This document shows positions 43,255 to 58,029 of a stretch of 64,000 nt of DNA, in pieces. The notes below the pieces were generated by a model, which was given only the letters and a program-made list of their open reading frames with translations, was not told the DNA's origin and did not search any database. A program made the position numbers and the translations under genes. The DNA comes from the human T2T-CHM13v2.0 reference genome, Homo sapiens, in the NCBI RefSeq assembly GCF_009914755.1, contig NC_060941.1, one strand, 5' to 3'. Numbering within the stretch: the first letter of the stretch is position 1; each line of letters begins with the position of its first letter.

Positions 43255-44700
43255 GTTCATCCATCCATCCATTCCATCCACAAACAGTTGTTGACTCTTT
43301 TCTTTGGGCTCAGCACTATAATCATCGGGAATAAAGCCACAATCAAAAGAGCCAAGACACCCTGCTCTTGGGAAGTTCACATTCTACTTGGGAAAGACAG
43401 GTGTCATACAGGCAAGCAAAGAAAGTAAATACAAAATTTTAAAAATGCTATGAAGGAAGCGAATCAGGATTCAGTAGGGGAGAGTAATTGGGTAGGGGGC
43501 AATGAGCATGTGGTCAGAGAAGATCTGGCAGAAGAAGAGGCTGCTGTTGGAGCTAGAATAAGATGATAAGCAGTAGCCAGTTATATGAAGAGATAGTAAA
43601 AGTGCATCCCAGTCAGGGTGAACAGCAAACATGGTCTCTGCTGTGAGCTGAATGTTGTGTCACCCCAGGATTCTATGTTGAGACCTAATCCCCTATGTAA
43701 TGGTATTTGGAGGTGGGGCCTTTGAGAGATAGTTAGGTCATGAGGGTAGATCCCTTATGAATTGGACCTAGTGTCCTTGTAAGAAGAGACATGCAAGAGC
43801 TGATTTCTTTCTTGGCTGTGTGAGGTTATAAGAAGGTGGCTGTCTACACACAAGGAGGAAAATGCTCACAGACACCAAATCTGCCAGTGCCTTGATCTTG
43901 GACTTCCCAGCCTCCAGAACTGTGAGAAATAAATGTTTACTGTTTAAGACATTCAGTCTATGGCATTTTCATTATAGCAACCCAAACTAAGACACTCTCA
44001 AAGATGGAAATCCATTTAGGCACACAGAGGGACAGCAAACAGCCCATGTGGGTACAGTAGTGTTCAAAGCGGGGGGGGGTCTAAGGTGAAGTCCTGATGC
44101 TAGCAGGAACTAGATGGTGTAAATGGCAAGGAACTTGAGAAGATAACAGGGGTGAATAAATGATGTCATCTGACTTACTTACTTGAAAGTCACTCTTGTG
44201 TCAGGGTTGTGAAGGGGCAAAAATAGAAATGAGGAGACAACATAAGGGGACTGATGAGAGAGGACAGTGGCTTCCACCACTGCAAATGGTGGCCCTGGGG
44301 AGCAGAGAAGTGGGCAGGCTTATGACCTGCTTACTGTTATTATCGCCTTCATTTCGGAGATGAAGAAATGGAGATCTATTGAACGTACCTTGGAAAAGGA
44401 GTGGACCCATCTTGCTGAAATGTTCAAACAAACTGGAAAGGAAGAGAATAGATCAAGAACGGCTGGCATGTTCCTAGCTAAGAACTGGATGGATGGCAAT
44501 GCCATAGCATGAGATGGGTAAGGGCTGATGGGGACCATGCTGAGGAGGGTGCTCCTTGGGGAGATATGCAGAGTTCCATTTAGGACTGGTTGAGTTGAGA
44601 TGTCCATTGAACATCTAAATGGAGACGTCTACCCACTTGGGTGGATTGGGAGTTATGGGCCCATATGACACCATGCAGAGAGTGTAGAGAGAGAAAGCCA
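43255..44700 (-). mobile_element. L2 interrupted by MLT1A0
   Basis: L2 tail and antisense motifs (tgagttgagatgtccattgaacatctaaatggaga). Confidence 0.75.
43639..43994 (+). mobile_element. MLT1A0 solo LTR
   Basis: TG...CA; TSD gtctc/ctctc; gccttgatcttggacttcccagcctccagaactgtgagaaataaa. Confidence 0.92.
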
Positions 44701-44743
44701 TTGATTTAAAAACAAGGTTTTTTTAACAAGACAGTTTTTTCCA

Positions 44744-45430
<687 letters not shown>

Positions 45431-45742
45431 GAATGTCATTTGCATGGAATGCTTCGTGGCATCTAGTGGGCCCTTTGAGGTAATCTGATTCTATAGGTGT
45501 CTCCACCTTGCATTGTCTTTGATGAGGCTGTTTTGCAACTCTCCAAGTTGAAAAAAAAAAAAGGCAGTCATTCAAATCAATCTTATTCATAGAAATACAA
45601 ATGAATTTTGCCCTAATTGTTGCTAATTGTTGTCCACCCTGCAGAAAATATGATTCCAAATGTAACATTTTATGGCCGTGGAGATAGTAACCCGCTTTGC
45701 ATCTGTTAACAAATCATTTTGGATATTTCTGATGGCCTACAG

Positions 45743-46089
45743 GCTACAGTTTCAATGTGTCCCCTCCAAAATTCTGGTGTTAAAAATTAATGGCAAGTAT
45801 GCTAGCGTTAACAGGTATGAGCCTTTAAGAGGTGATTAGGTCTTGAGGGTCTCTTGCTCGTGAATGAAATTAAGACCCTTATAAAAGAAGCTTTATATAG
45901 CAGTCAGCTCTCTTGCCCTCCACCTTCCCCACATGAGGATACAGCGTTCCTTCCCTCCAGAGGATACAGCAACGCGGTACCATCTTAGAAACAGAGACTA
46001 GGCCCTCACCAGCCTTCATCTTGGACTCCCCAGCCTCTAAAACTGAGAGAAAGTAAATTTCTGTTCTTTATAAATTAACCAGCCTCAGG
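45743..46089 (+). mobile_element. MSTC/MSTD-like LTR, 3' end disrupted
   Basis: gcctttaagaggtgattagg...catcttggactccccagcctctaaaactgaga. Confidence 0.8.
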
Positions 46090-46112
46090 CCAGGCGCAGT
46101 GGCTCATGCCTG
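46088..46112 (+). mobile_element. Isolated 25-bp Alu head
   Basis: ggccaggcgcagtggctcatgcctg. Confidence 0.85.
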
Positions 46113-46195
46113 CCGGGCATGAGCATTATAAATATTATAATTTATAATATAATATAATATAAATTATATTATTTATATAATATAAATGCTACAGA

Positions 46196-46410
46196 CCAAG
46201 GACTGGAAAACTATGGGTTGCCAGGCAAATCTGGCCTGCCAACTATTTTTGTAAATAAAATTTTATTGGAACACAGACACGTCCATTTCTCTTCATATTG
46301 GTTTTGTACTATAGCAGCAAGGTTGAGAAGTTGCAACAGAGGCCTTATGGCCTGCAAAGCAAAGAATATTTACTATCTGGTTCTTTAATGTTAATGTTTA
46401 CTGACTTCTG
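46196..46410 (+). mobile_element. MER58A
   Basis: tttttgtaaataaaattttattggaacacag. Confidence 0.88.
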
Positions 46411-46469
46411 CTATAAATGAAAAACTATTACAAAGCAGGACTCCAAAAATGCATTTTATGTGCATACAC

Positions 46470-46470
<1 letters not shown>

Positions 46471-46512
<42 letters not shown>
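46471..46512. repeat. (AC)21 microsatellite
   Basis: Direct read. Confidence 0.98.
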
Positions 46513-46517
<5 letters not shown>

Positions 46518-46727
46518 CGAAAGTGCAGGAGGGTATAGGTATACAGTAAAACATTTTCTAGGAATCATTGTGGATTTGAACATCTTGCCTTTATACTCCA
46601 CCCACCAGTCATGACAGAATCCTCTGAATACTAAAGGGAAGTCCAACCTTAGAATTCTCATAAAATGTTTAATATAAAGTTATTTAAAATGATTCATGAA
46701 AGCTGCAAGATGGGGTGGACTTGGAAT

Positions 46728-46841
46728 CAGGTAACTAGTTTGTCCAAGCTTGCCCAAGACTTATCCAGTTTTAAAACTAAAAAGTCCCATGCCCAGAGAA
46801 CCTCATCACTCCCAGGCAAACTGGGGCCACTGATCACTCCA
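46728..46841 (+). mobile_element. MER81 hAT-Blackjack MITE
   Basis: ccagttttaaaactaaaaagtccc...cccaggcaaactggg. Confidence 0.75.
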
Positions 46842-47151
46842 GCGGGAAATCGTATACTATCGTGGCTTAGGTCCTAGATCTGCTACTCACCAGCCACTTG
46901 ACACCATTTACCCTGTCTAAGCTGCACTTACTTCAACTGCAAATATATACTCCCCTGTTCTGATATCACCGTGAGTATGAAGTGAGTTAGTGCATGCATG
47001 TGTGTTCAGTAAACCATGATGGCAAACAAAAAAAAAAAAGGTCATTATCACTTGGTCCCCTACATAAAATGATGCAACGGCTGGACATTGTGTGACATTA
47101 CAACATAGATAGGATGAGAGGAAATTACCTAGAAGGTTGTCATGTAATTAT

Positions 47152-47285
47152 AAGGTTACCACATAATATAATTTGTTGTCTAAACCAGGACAGTGTTGAG
47201 AGTGGAAGGGGCACCCAATAATGACATTGGCATAACAGGAGTAAACCAAGCCCATCCTGGGCAAGCCTGTACATAGTGTCAGGGA
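47152..47285 (+). mobile_element. MER94-like hAT-Blackjack MITE
   Basis: tataatttgttgtctaaaccaggacagtgttgagagtggaagggg. Confidence 0.75.
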
Positions 47286-47305
47286 CCACAGGGTAACATG
47301 GCGTT

Positions 47306-47508
47306 AAGGCTGGCTTCATGGGTGTCAACCTGTACAGTCACACACGGCCTCACACTCAGAGGGCCGTGTGCTTGGTTTCATGCTCTGATACTTCAGAGCG
47401 TGAAAAATTGCTCTTGAAATGCCGTCTTGAAATTCTTAATAATTTTTCAATATGGGGCCTCACGTTTTCATTTTGTGCTAGGCCCTGCAAATGATGTAAC
47501 CGATCCTG
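47306..47508 (+). mobile_element. MER45A with small internal insertion
   Basis: ggctggcttcatgggtgt...gccgtcttgaaattcttaataattttt...gatcctg. Confidence 0.88.
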
Positions 47509-48224
47509 CTTAGGGAGAATCCTACTGGGCAGCGAGACCAGATGGCATGACCTCTGAAACCCATTCCAGGCCTAGGCAGCTAAGCTTCCCCAAGGAGAAA
47601 GTTTCAGTTTTAACATCAGCTAGTTCAGATCCCCTGGAGTTAAAAATAACAGTCCATGATGAAGGAAAGGATGGAGGCTGGGGTCCCCAGGCGTCCTCCC
47701 TGCCCACTCAGAGCAGATACCGGCCTGCTGTGAGGAGCCTGCCAACACAAGCTCAGAGGTGCTGCTCAGGTTCCACCTCACGCCTGTTTGAACTCTGATT
47801 TCATCCGTGGCCAACTTTTCTGCAACCTGGTAAAGGCTTGGGCAACTCAGCAGCCAGATGAACCCTAGAGGGCACTGGAGTGTTAGCCATCCCTCAAAGT
47901 TAAACTTACCAATCTGGCAACCCCCAGCCCCACTAATGCTGCGAATGCCATTTATGGGGCTTTCAAGGGCAATAACTGTAAAATCCAGCTCACTGTCTTA
48001 ACAAACCAGAACAAAGCCGGGTGGCATTGCCAGAGAACTGCAGCTGCTTGCACTGCAACTAAAAAGTCGATCTTAAACTCTGGGGCGAACCCTAGAAAAG
48101 ACAGCAAGAAGTAAACCAATAGAAAAACCACTCCAGGTTTATTCTGGAGAAGGGAAGGGGCCGTGGACACTGACCGTTTTCAGGTTGCACCTCCCAGAGC
48201 CCCAGTCATTCCCATTAGTTACAA

Positions 48225-48448
48225 CAGACTTTCCCAACCCCAGTGCTACTGACTTTTGGGCTGGATCACGCTTTGTTGTGGGAGCTGTCCTGTGCACTGA
48301 AGAATGTTTAGCAGTGTCCCTGCCCTCTGCCCAGAGAGGCCAGTACCACTTCCCCCACTCTCCCACACATTGTGACAATCCAAAACTGTCTCCAGACTTT
48401 GTCACATGTCCCCTGGGGTGCAAAATTGCTTTCAGTTGAGAAGACCTT
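48225..48448 (+). mobile_element. MER20
   Basis: gggctggatcacgctttgttgtggg...gtctccagactttgtcacatgtcccctgggg. Confidence 0.88.
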
Positions 48449-49200
48449 GTTTACGGCATAAAAGATCGTCTACATGAATGTTGATTATGGGAATCAAATG
48501 AGTTTAGAATGGTTCATCCTCTTAGGACAGTACCTAACAAGTTAAGCACTATATAAGTATTTGTTAAATAAATGAAAAGATTGCACCCCACTACCCCCAC
48601 CCAGCCCACATGCCAGCAGGAGCGCCCCACTCACCCTACATAGCAATCATTCCATGCGCTTCTCTGTGTCTCTACAGCACCTCCACCTCTATTTTTTGCT
48701 TTTGCCTCTATTTATAGCTCTGCCACTTGCTACCAGGGCAAATGTCTTCACTTCTCTGAGTTTCTCAGCTGAAAACAGAACATCTTATTCATCTCATGGA
48801 ATTGTTTTGATAATTAAATGTGTTCCTGTATGACAGGCACCTGCAACAGTGGCTTGCACACAGTAGGTGCTCAGGGCCTAATGAAGAGGTATTGTTTTTA
48901 CCACCCAACATTGCCTGACAGGTGTTTGAACAAAAAATGCACCTACATTGCATGGACACTGTGTGTGTGTTTAGGACTAGAAACTTGGCACTGGATTCCA
49001 AAGAACAACATGGGATTTTTCTTTCTCTTCCCTCTCTCGCTTATAAATGAGGGCACAGCTGGGTTCTGTGATAAAATGCCCAACTCCACCTGCTCTAGAT
49101 GTTGCAAAGGTAAGTTTGGGCTCCTATAATTCTGCTCTGTGACACACCTGCTTCTGCAGCTCCTTCCTGGGGTGGGGAGTGGGGTGGGGACACCTGATCA

Positions 49201-49307
49201 TAGGGTGAGCAAGCGGCTCACCAGGACCGAGGGGGTTTCAGGGAGGTGGGACTTTCAGTGCTAAAACCCAGAATGTGCTGGCCCAACCAGGATAAGTTGA
49301 TCACCCT
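49201..49307 (-). mobile_element. MER81
   Basis: TIRs tagggtga...tcaccct; gggactttcagtgctaaaacc. Confidence 0.8.
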
Positions 49308-49944
49308 CCCTGAGAGTTTGGGATTCTATGAGGACTCCTGTCTAGAGTGCAGCGCCACTGCGAGGGTGGTCCTTTATTGTCAGAAACCTCATTCCCAGAA
49401 GGAGACATGCAGTGGAAACTGAGCGTCCTCTGCCCTGCGGTGCCCAGCTCCATTCAAGGCAAGCTTGGTCCCTCTGGCTTTCACGGGGATGTGAACACCT
49501 TGCCAGGCTCCTCTCTGCTCCTTCCTCACTCCTTGGCACTGGCCTTGGCATCCTCTAGCTGAGCCCAGGTCCTGTCCCTGAAGAGCTGCCGCCCCAGCCC
49601 CACTGCCAGCACAACCCCTCCCACCCCACCTGTCCCAGGGCCACCTGTGCTCACTTCGGCTCTATCTCTGCTTGGGGGCCACTCTAACACTGGTTCTCTT
49701 TTCACCTTAAAAAGAGTTGCTGGAACCAAACCCCAGTGACTTGTCAGCATTCACGCCACTCCTTCCAAACCCTCCAGAAAGCACACCTGTGGATGAGAGG
49801 CGCAATTAACGTTATCAGTCGTGAAGGATCAGAAGGAAAACCCAGTGGCCGTTGGGAATTGTGAGTGCCATAACCACTTCAAGCATTTGGGGTTTTGTTT
49901 TATTTTCTCTGGCCTGGAGGGGTGTGGAGAGGGGCCATATATAA

Positions 49945-50250
<306 letters not shown>

Positions 50251-51843
50251 CACTTCAAATTTACCACTCCAGACCTTTGTTCTAGATGGGGAGAACTGGA
50301 CCCTATGGGAAATCATACGGATCTGAAATTCACCCCGGAAACTGACCTGGGGTGAGGACACCAGGTGGAATGAAACCCCAAGCAGACCCTATAGAGGCAA
50401 GGAAGGAGATTGAGACCCTTCTGCAGAAAGCTGTTATGAGCCTAGAATTTTAACTTATGCTATTGACACCATGCCAAGCACCCAAGGAAAAGGAAAGAGA
50501 AGAACCTACACCGCCTCCTCCTTGCTAGTGAGTGAGGTAAAATGATCTGGGGAGGAAAAAAAACAAAAAAAATGAGGTGAGAAACACCAGATGGAGCAGA
50601 GAGACTGCCCAGAAATTGCTGCTTTTGTCAACCTAGATTTGTTTGCAGGTGAGTGCAGTGTTGATAGAAAGCAAGTCTATTTCCAGAGGGGATCCCCAGG
50701 ATCTCCTATCAAAGAGCAAGCTCTGGAGCTAGTCCCCAGATGCAGACAGATCTACTGACCGAACCACGATCACTCCAACCCCAATCTCCCAAGAGGTTCT
50801 GAGGATACAATAGTTCTCAATCCTTAGGTACACACATTGTTCACAGGGAGTGACTCGGTGGTTATTAATGGCTTATTAGGCTGTTCTTGGAGGTAATTTA
50901 CATCTCGTTTGAGCCTCTGCTTTTCAGGCATTTTTCTGCAAATGGCTGTAGGCTTTTTTCTAAAAAAAAAAAAAAGAAACTAAATCCATTGAATACTCAT
51001 GCATATTCTCCAAAATGCCTTAAATCAGTACCTAAAACTTGAAACTAGTTTTTCCCCCATTGAAGAAATTATCTGGCCCTGATCTCTCTTACTTGCTGTC
51101 CTGTGATTGAAAAGAACTTTTGTGGGGGAATTTTTAAAATAATTGCCACCAAATACTTCAAATGGAATTCAGATAGCAGTCTATTTCACGTTTCATGCTT
51201 TTGTGACATTCTTGCTCAGGAATGAATCTTTTATGAAAGGTCTATTTTAAGTTGCACCTTCCAGAACTTTATTTTTGTCTCTGAAAGAAAGAGGCAGAGC
51301 AGAACCTGGATTCTTCCAATTCACCGATTTACTGTGAGCTTAGGATTGGCTCTCCTGGGGGTCGGCGGGGTGGGGGGTGATGGGCTTCCAGCAGAGGTGG
51401 GGGGCACTGGCTTTGCACTCAGCCTTGCCGTTTTTTTTCAATCAGGCTGTTTTATTCAACTGAAAACAACCCCCCGAGGATTTAAGCACGCCTTCTCGCG
51501 CTTTCTCCAGCTCCTCCCTGAAGGTGGAAAAACTCACTTGATCTTAAGCACCAACTGCTGTCCGGTCAAATTTCTCACCTCTGCCAGGGAGCCATGCCTT
51601 CGAGTTCCCAGCGCCTCGTGGGGTCTGCAGGCTGGTTGTGGCCTCTGTCAGCGGACCCAGAGTTGTTTTTCCAGGTGTGGGGGAGGGCTTCCCCTGAGCC
51701 TTCTCCGCCCACTCCTGTCTGTTCATTCCACAGATTTTTTTACTACCTTCCTTAAGAGAAAGTATCTAAAAACTCATAAATGAGGCAAAAAGACACCTTC
51801 ATGCCCTTTCCCCAAAGCCACCCTAGCATTGTGTAATAAGTCC

Positions 51844-52276
51844 TGTGTTAGATTGGGTTCCCTTGATACCGACTCTGAGACAGGCAGGTGCAAGACCAGG
51901 GTGTACTGGGGCTGCTCTGGGGAGGAACTCTTGTGGAAAGGGAGGCATGGGTGAGGGTGAAGCTCACCCGCAGTGAGGCTGCCGCTGAGGCCTCAGCCTG
52001 TCCCATGGAAAGCTCTGGAGCCCAGGTGGCCATCGGTGTTGTTGCAAATTAAGGCAAGAGCACCAGGCTTTGTATCACCTGTTCAAGACCAACCAGAAGT
52101 AAGGGAGGGAAGGTATACACGTGGGGGAGGAAGTTTCCTTCCATCTCAGGTGATTTCCAGGTAAGAACAGAGCTGTAAGCCATCTACCCATATCAGCAGC
52201 TGATACTCCCAGCAGCTGTGGGGACAGGGCTGAACCCCAAAGAGGGGATCTGGGTAATACCCGAGGGTCCGTCAAT
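51844..52276 (-). mobile_element. LTR16-like ERVL LTR
   Basis: ttgggttcccttgataccgactctgaga...ggcctcagcctgtcccatggaaagctctggagc. Confidence 0.75.
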
Positions 52277-52423
52277 GTGAAGGGATGGGCACTTTGACTT
52301 AGTACTTATTGCTGATTAAGGCCCAGATTCTAGATGCTAACTTAAAGGAAATTGCTAAGTTGCAAATAATGTTTGTCTGGTAGAGATGCAAACAATTCCT
52401 GTCTGATAGAAAAGATAGCCCCG

Positions 52424-52724
<301 letters not shown>

Positions 52725-52964
52725 AAAAGATAGCCCCGAAGGTTATAGTTTCATTGTCCTATATATAGGACATAAACCAGTTTTGAATTTGATTTAGCAA
52801 AACCATTTTCAGTACTCCCTCTTTCAATGGCTACATCTACGTGAGTCTGTCATATACTCCTGGGACCAATGTTACCATCCTGCTGGTTTCCTACTCTCTT
52901 GCCTCACCCTAGTCCTGGCCCCAGCCCCCATGTTCCCTATATTTGCCTGAGTCATGTTTTCAAC

Positions 52965-53271
<307 letters not shown>

Positions 53272-53459
53272 TGACATCTGTGAGTGCCTCCTCTAGAAAC
53301 GGTGTTGATGCAGCCACCCTCTGGTGAGCTCTGGTGATTTGTCAGGGTCTGTACCTCACTCTAGATGTGATCAGAGGTAGACACGTGCCTACTATGATCC
53401 AGGCGTTGTCCCAGATGCAAGGATGAAGCCAAGAGGCTCTACAGGTGTGTTGCAGCTGA

Positions 53460-53660
53460 GACCCTAGGGCCAGTCAAAGCTGGGCTCAAACCTCACTGCT
53501 CACTGTTAGCCATGTGATCCCGAACAAATGATTGAGCCTGTCTAAGCCTCAGTTTTCATATCCTTAAAATAAGGCTAGTAACAATGAGTGCCTTGAGGAA
53601 CTAATGCCCATAAAATGCTTTGTCTAGGGAATACTATATTCAATGAATGGCAGATATTAT
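53460..53660 (+). mobile_element. MIR
   Basis: ctaagcctcagttttcatatccttaaaat. Confidence 0.75.
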
Positions 53661-53674
53661 CAATAACCATTCTC

Positions 53675-54917
<1,243 letters not shown>

Positions 54918-55705
54918 ACTACTAGCTCTTCTTAAGAGGAGGAAAGCCACTCTGTGTCCTCCCAACAAACACTCATACACACACTCCAGGCGATGGCCAT
55001 AGAGTCGAGCCAATGGGACAGAACCCTGAAACACAAAGCAAGGAAGTGCTGCAGCAGTGCACGGACTTGCCTGGAAATCAGCCCCATGAGTCAGGGGTAC
55101 AGGCTGTACTCATAAGCGGGATACTCCAGCCAGCCTCTGAGCACACTGGGACATTGGTTTCATGAGTGCAGCACACTCTAACCCAGTGAGATAAGAGGCT
55201 ACAGATGAAGCAACTCAAATACCAAGACAACTTGGCTCAGCACCCGCTGGGAGAGGACGTGGTCTTTTCACTCCAGCTTCTGTACTGGGCTCGTCAATCT
55301 CACCTTGCTGAGAAGCTGAACAAACCCGGGCCTGCTCTTCTCACCCTACCTGATGCCAAGGCGATGAGGTAGCCAGTGACCAGGAATGTCTGAGCTTAAA
55401 ATAGAGATGCCCTGTGCCAAAATGAAGGCTTTCCTTTGGAGTAAGTAGAAGCACCCTGATGTCTTCTAAAAGTCTGGTCCGGTTTCTTTGGGCCATGCAT
55501 CTAGCCCAGAGCCTGGAACATTAGAAGGGGTTTAACAAAAGTTGCATAGAACTTTATGGCCCTGGGTGAAACCTGGGGAGAGCCCACAGAAAAGTGACTC
55601 TCCCCCTTTGTAATGAAAATCAAGGCACCCGCCTTCCTGAAAATCTGACATCCTCACAGCCATCTGAAATCGTTTCCATGGCAAAGCAATGAACAACACA
55701 TTATA

Positions 55706-56153
55706 TTCATATTAATTTTCTAGGGCTGCCATAACAAAATACCACAGGCGGGGTGGCTGAAACACCAGAAAAAGTTCTGGAGCCTAGAAATCAAGCTCAA
55801 GGTGTTGGCATGGGTGGTTTGTTCTGAGGGCTGCCAGGGGAAATCTGTTCCGTGCCGCTCACCTGACTTCCGGTGGTTTGTATTCTTTGGTGTTCTTCGG
55901 CTTCTACTGCTTCACCTCAATCCTGGCTTCACCTTCACGTGGTATTCTCCCTGTGCTTCTGTGACTTTCCATAGTCATCTTCCTATATGACGCCAGTCAT
56001 ACTGGACAAGTGGCCTGTCCTTCTCCAGTACAGCCTCATCTCAACTTAATTACATCTGCAATTACCCTGTTCCCAAATTAGGTCACCTTCTGCAGGACTA
56101 GGGGTTAAGACTTCAACATATGAATTTTGGGGGACACGATTCAACCCATAACA
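55706..56153 (-). mobile_element. MLT1C-like LTR
   Basis: agggctgccataacaaaataccac...gggacacgattcaacccataaca. Confidence 0.88.
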
Positions 56154-56172
56154 GCATCCAAAATCTATTTCA

Positions 56173-56264
56173 GCCTGTATCAAAACATCTTACGTACCCC
56201 TAAATATATACACCTATTATGTACCCACAAACAATTTTTTTAAGTAAAAGAAAATTTAAAAATG
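56173..56264 (+). mobile_element. ~90-bp 3' tip of L1MA/PB
   Basis: cctgtatcaaaacatcttacgtacccctaaatatatacacctattatgtacccaca; TSD aaatctat(t/a)tc. Confidence 0.8.
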
Positions 56265-56399
56265 AAATCTATATCTGTCACCTCTTTTCATTCGGAAAAG
56301 CCACAAAATAGCAATGATAATATTTCCCAAATAATGTTTGCAGAAGGTTTCTTTTCATTTGGGGAATCCCTACCCCCTAGCACAGGCCTTATAGAAAAG

Positions 56400-56670
56400 G
56401 TAACAACACAGGTTTCAGAGTCAAACAGGCTTTGCCTTGAAGCCCGGCCTCACCATTTCCTTCCTGGATGACCTAGAATGTGTTACTTAACCTCTCTAAG
56501 GATCAGATTTCTCATTTATATACAGAAGATAAAAATATTGGGTTGGTGCAAAAGTAATTGCAAAACCCACAATTACTTTTGCATCAACACTAATAATCAA
56601 ATTGCAGAGTTGTTGGGGCAAAGAAGGTAACATGTATTACTAATCCATAATAAAAGCTTAGATGCATCAG
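56400..56670 (+). mobile_element. MIR interrupted by MADE1
   Basis: gttacttaacctctctaag...tttctcattt. Confidence 0.75.
56536..56595. mobile_element. MADE1, internally deleted
   Basis: tattgggttggtgcaaaagtaattg...caattacttttgcatcaacactaata. Confidence 0.92.
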
Positions 56671-57161
56671 TGTGGGAGAATGCTAATTGCCGCCTTTTCT
56701 CGTAGCAATAGAGACCCCAATTTTTAGTGGTATATGACTACCCAACTTCTCCATGCTGCTAAGTGTGATCCTGTGGCCAAGTTCAGCCAATGGCATTGAA
56801 GTACACGCGTCAAGTGGCAGCTTCTAGGAATCTTCACTAAAGCGAACGCTGTGCACACTCTGACTTTCTTCATTATCTCTTCCACCTGTCTGTTGTTGAT
56901 GGACATGATGGCTGGAGCTGGAGCTGCCACCTTAGACCATGAGGTGACACTGGGAATGGAGACATGTATGGTGGACCAACAAGACAGAAGGAATCCAGGT
57001 CCATAATGCTTCCTAGAGCAGAGCCCCACACCCATCCTGGACCACCTGCCTCTGAGGTTTTATGGGAGAAAGAAACAAATTAGCATCTTATTTAAGCTGC
57101 TGTTACTTGGGCAGGGGCGGCCACTATTACTTGGCAGCTGAACCTAATCCTGACTGATACA
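56671..57161 (+). mobile_element. MLT1J-like LTR
   Basis: tgatggctggagctggagctgccaccttagaccatgagg...gcagctgaacctaatcctgactgataca. Confidence 0.85.
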
Positions 57162-57568
57162 GTTGGGTCCTTTCCCTGGCTCATACCAAGTGATCCTTAA
57201 ATGTGTGTTGAATTGGATTATGCCTGTGGTGTTGCATCCAATTTCACAAGTTTCCATAGTTGGACTTCAGGGTTAGGCGTTCTGTCTCTGAAGAGCAGAG
57301 GGGCAGGTGCCTCTCCTTCAATCCATGTCCCTGTGCAAGTAGTGGTGAGTTTGTGACTCAGAATAAAAACCCCTCTAGCCCTTTGAGCACAACGGAGCCT
57401 GTTACTGAAGGCCTGTGCGGTAGTTTGTTCTATTTGCAGTAGAATGAGGGTGGGTAAGAGGGACGAAGAGAAAGAAGTAGAGAAAAAGCAAAGCAGTTCT
57501 CTGTGCCATTCCACTTTCTCTCCCAATCTCCCAGGAATAGGGGTACTATTTCTTTTTTTAATATAGTG

Positions 57569-57698
57569 CTTTTTTTTTGTAGAAATACAGGGTCTCACTA
57601 GGTTGCCCAGACTAGATTCAAACTCCCGGGTTCAAGTGATCCTCCTGCCTCAGCCTCCCAAGTAGCTGGGACTACAGGCATGCTCCACCATGCCTGGT
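57569..57698 (-). mobile_element. FLAM Alu monomer
   Basis: ~130-bp monomer. Confidence 0.88.
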
Positions 57699-58029
57699 GC
57701 AGAGTTGCTATTTCTTGAATACAGTTTATATCCATGATTACCAATCCTGCAGGCCAGAGAACATTTACCCTGCTTTGTACACAGTGTTCTACGGTTTGCT
57801 CAAGGCTCACAGCTATGGAACCACAGAGCCAGGATTGGAGTCCACGTCTGCTGGGCTTCAAAACCTGAGCTCTCCTCAAACCCACATATTATACATCTCC
57901 CCCAAAACCTATCCATCTTGCTGTTTGGAAAAACTTGTAATCCCAGGCCTGCAATCAAGTTGTTCTGAGTTGCTGTGACAGCAGGAGCCCACCACAATCC
58001 AGGACACACAAGGTGGCGGAGAGGATGGG

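Noticed and set aside
51334-51783. 149-aa ORF, and similar 120-145 aa ORFs at 22270, 25324, 38414, 57800, 58884 and 62529
   Set aside because: Mostly non-ATG starts, no recognisable domain, lengths expected by chance; several overlap L2 or MIR.
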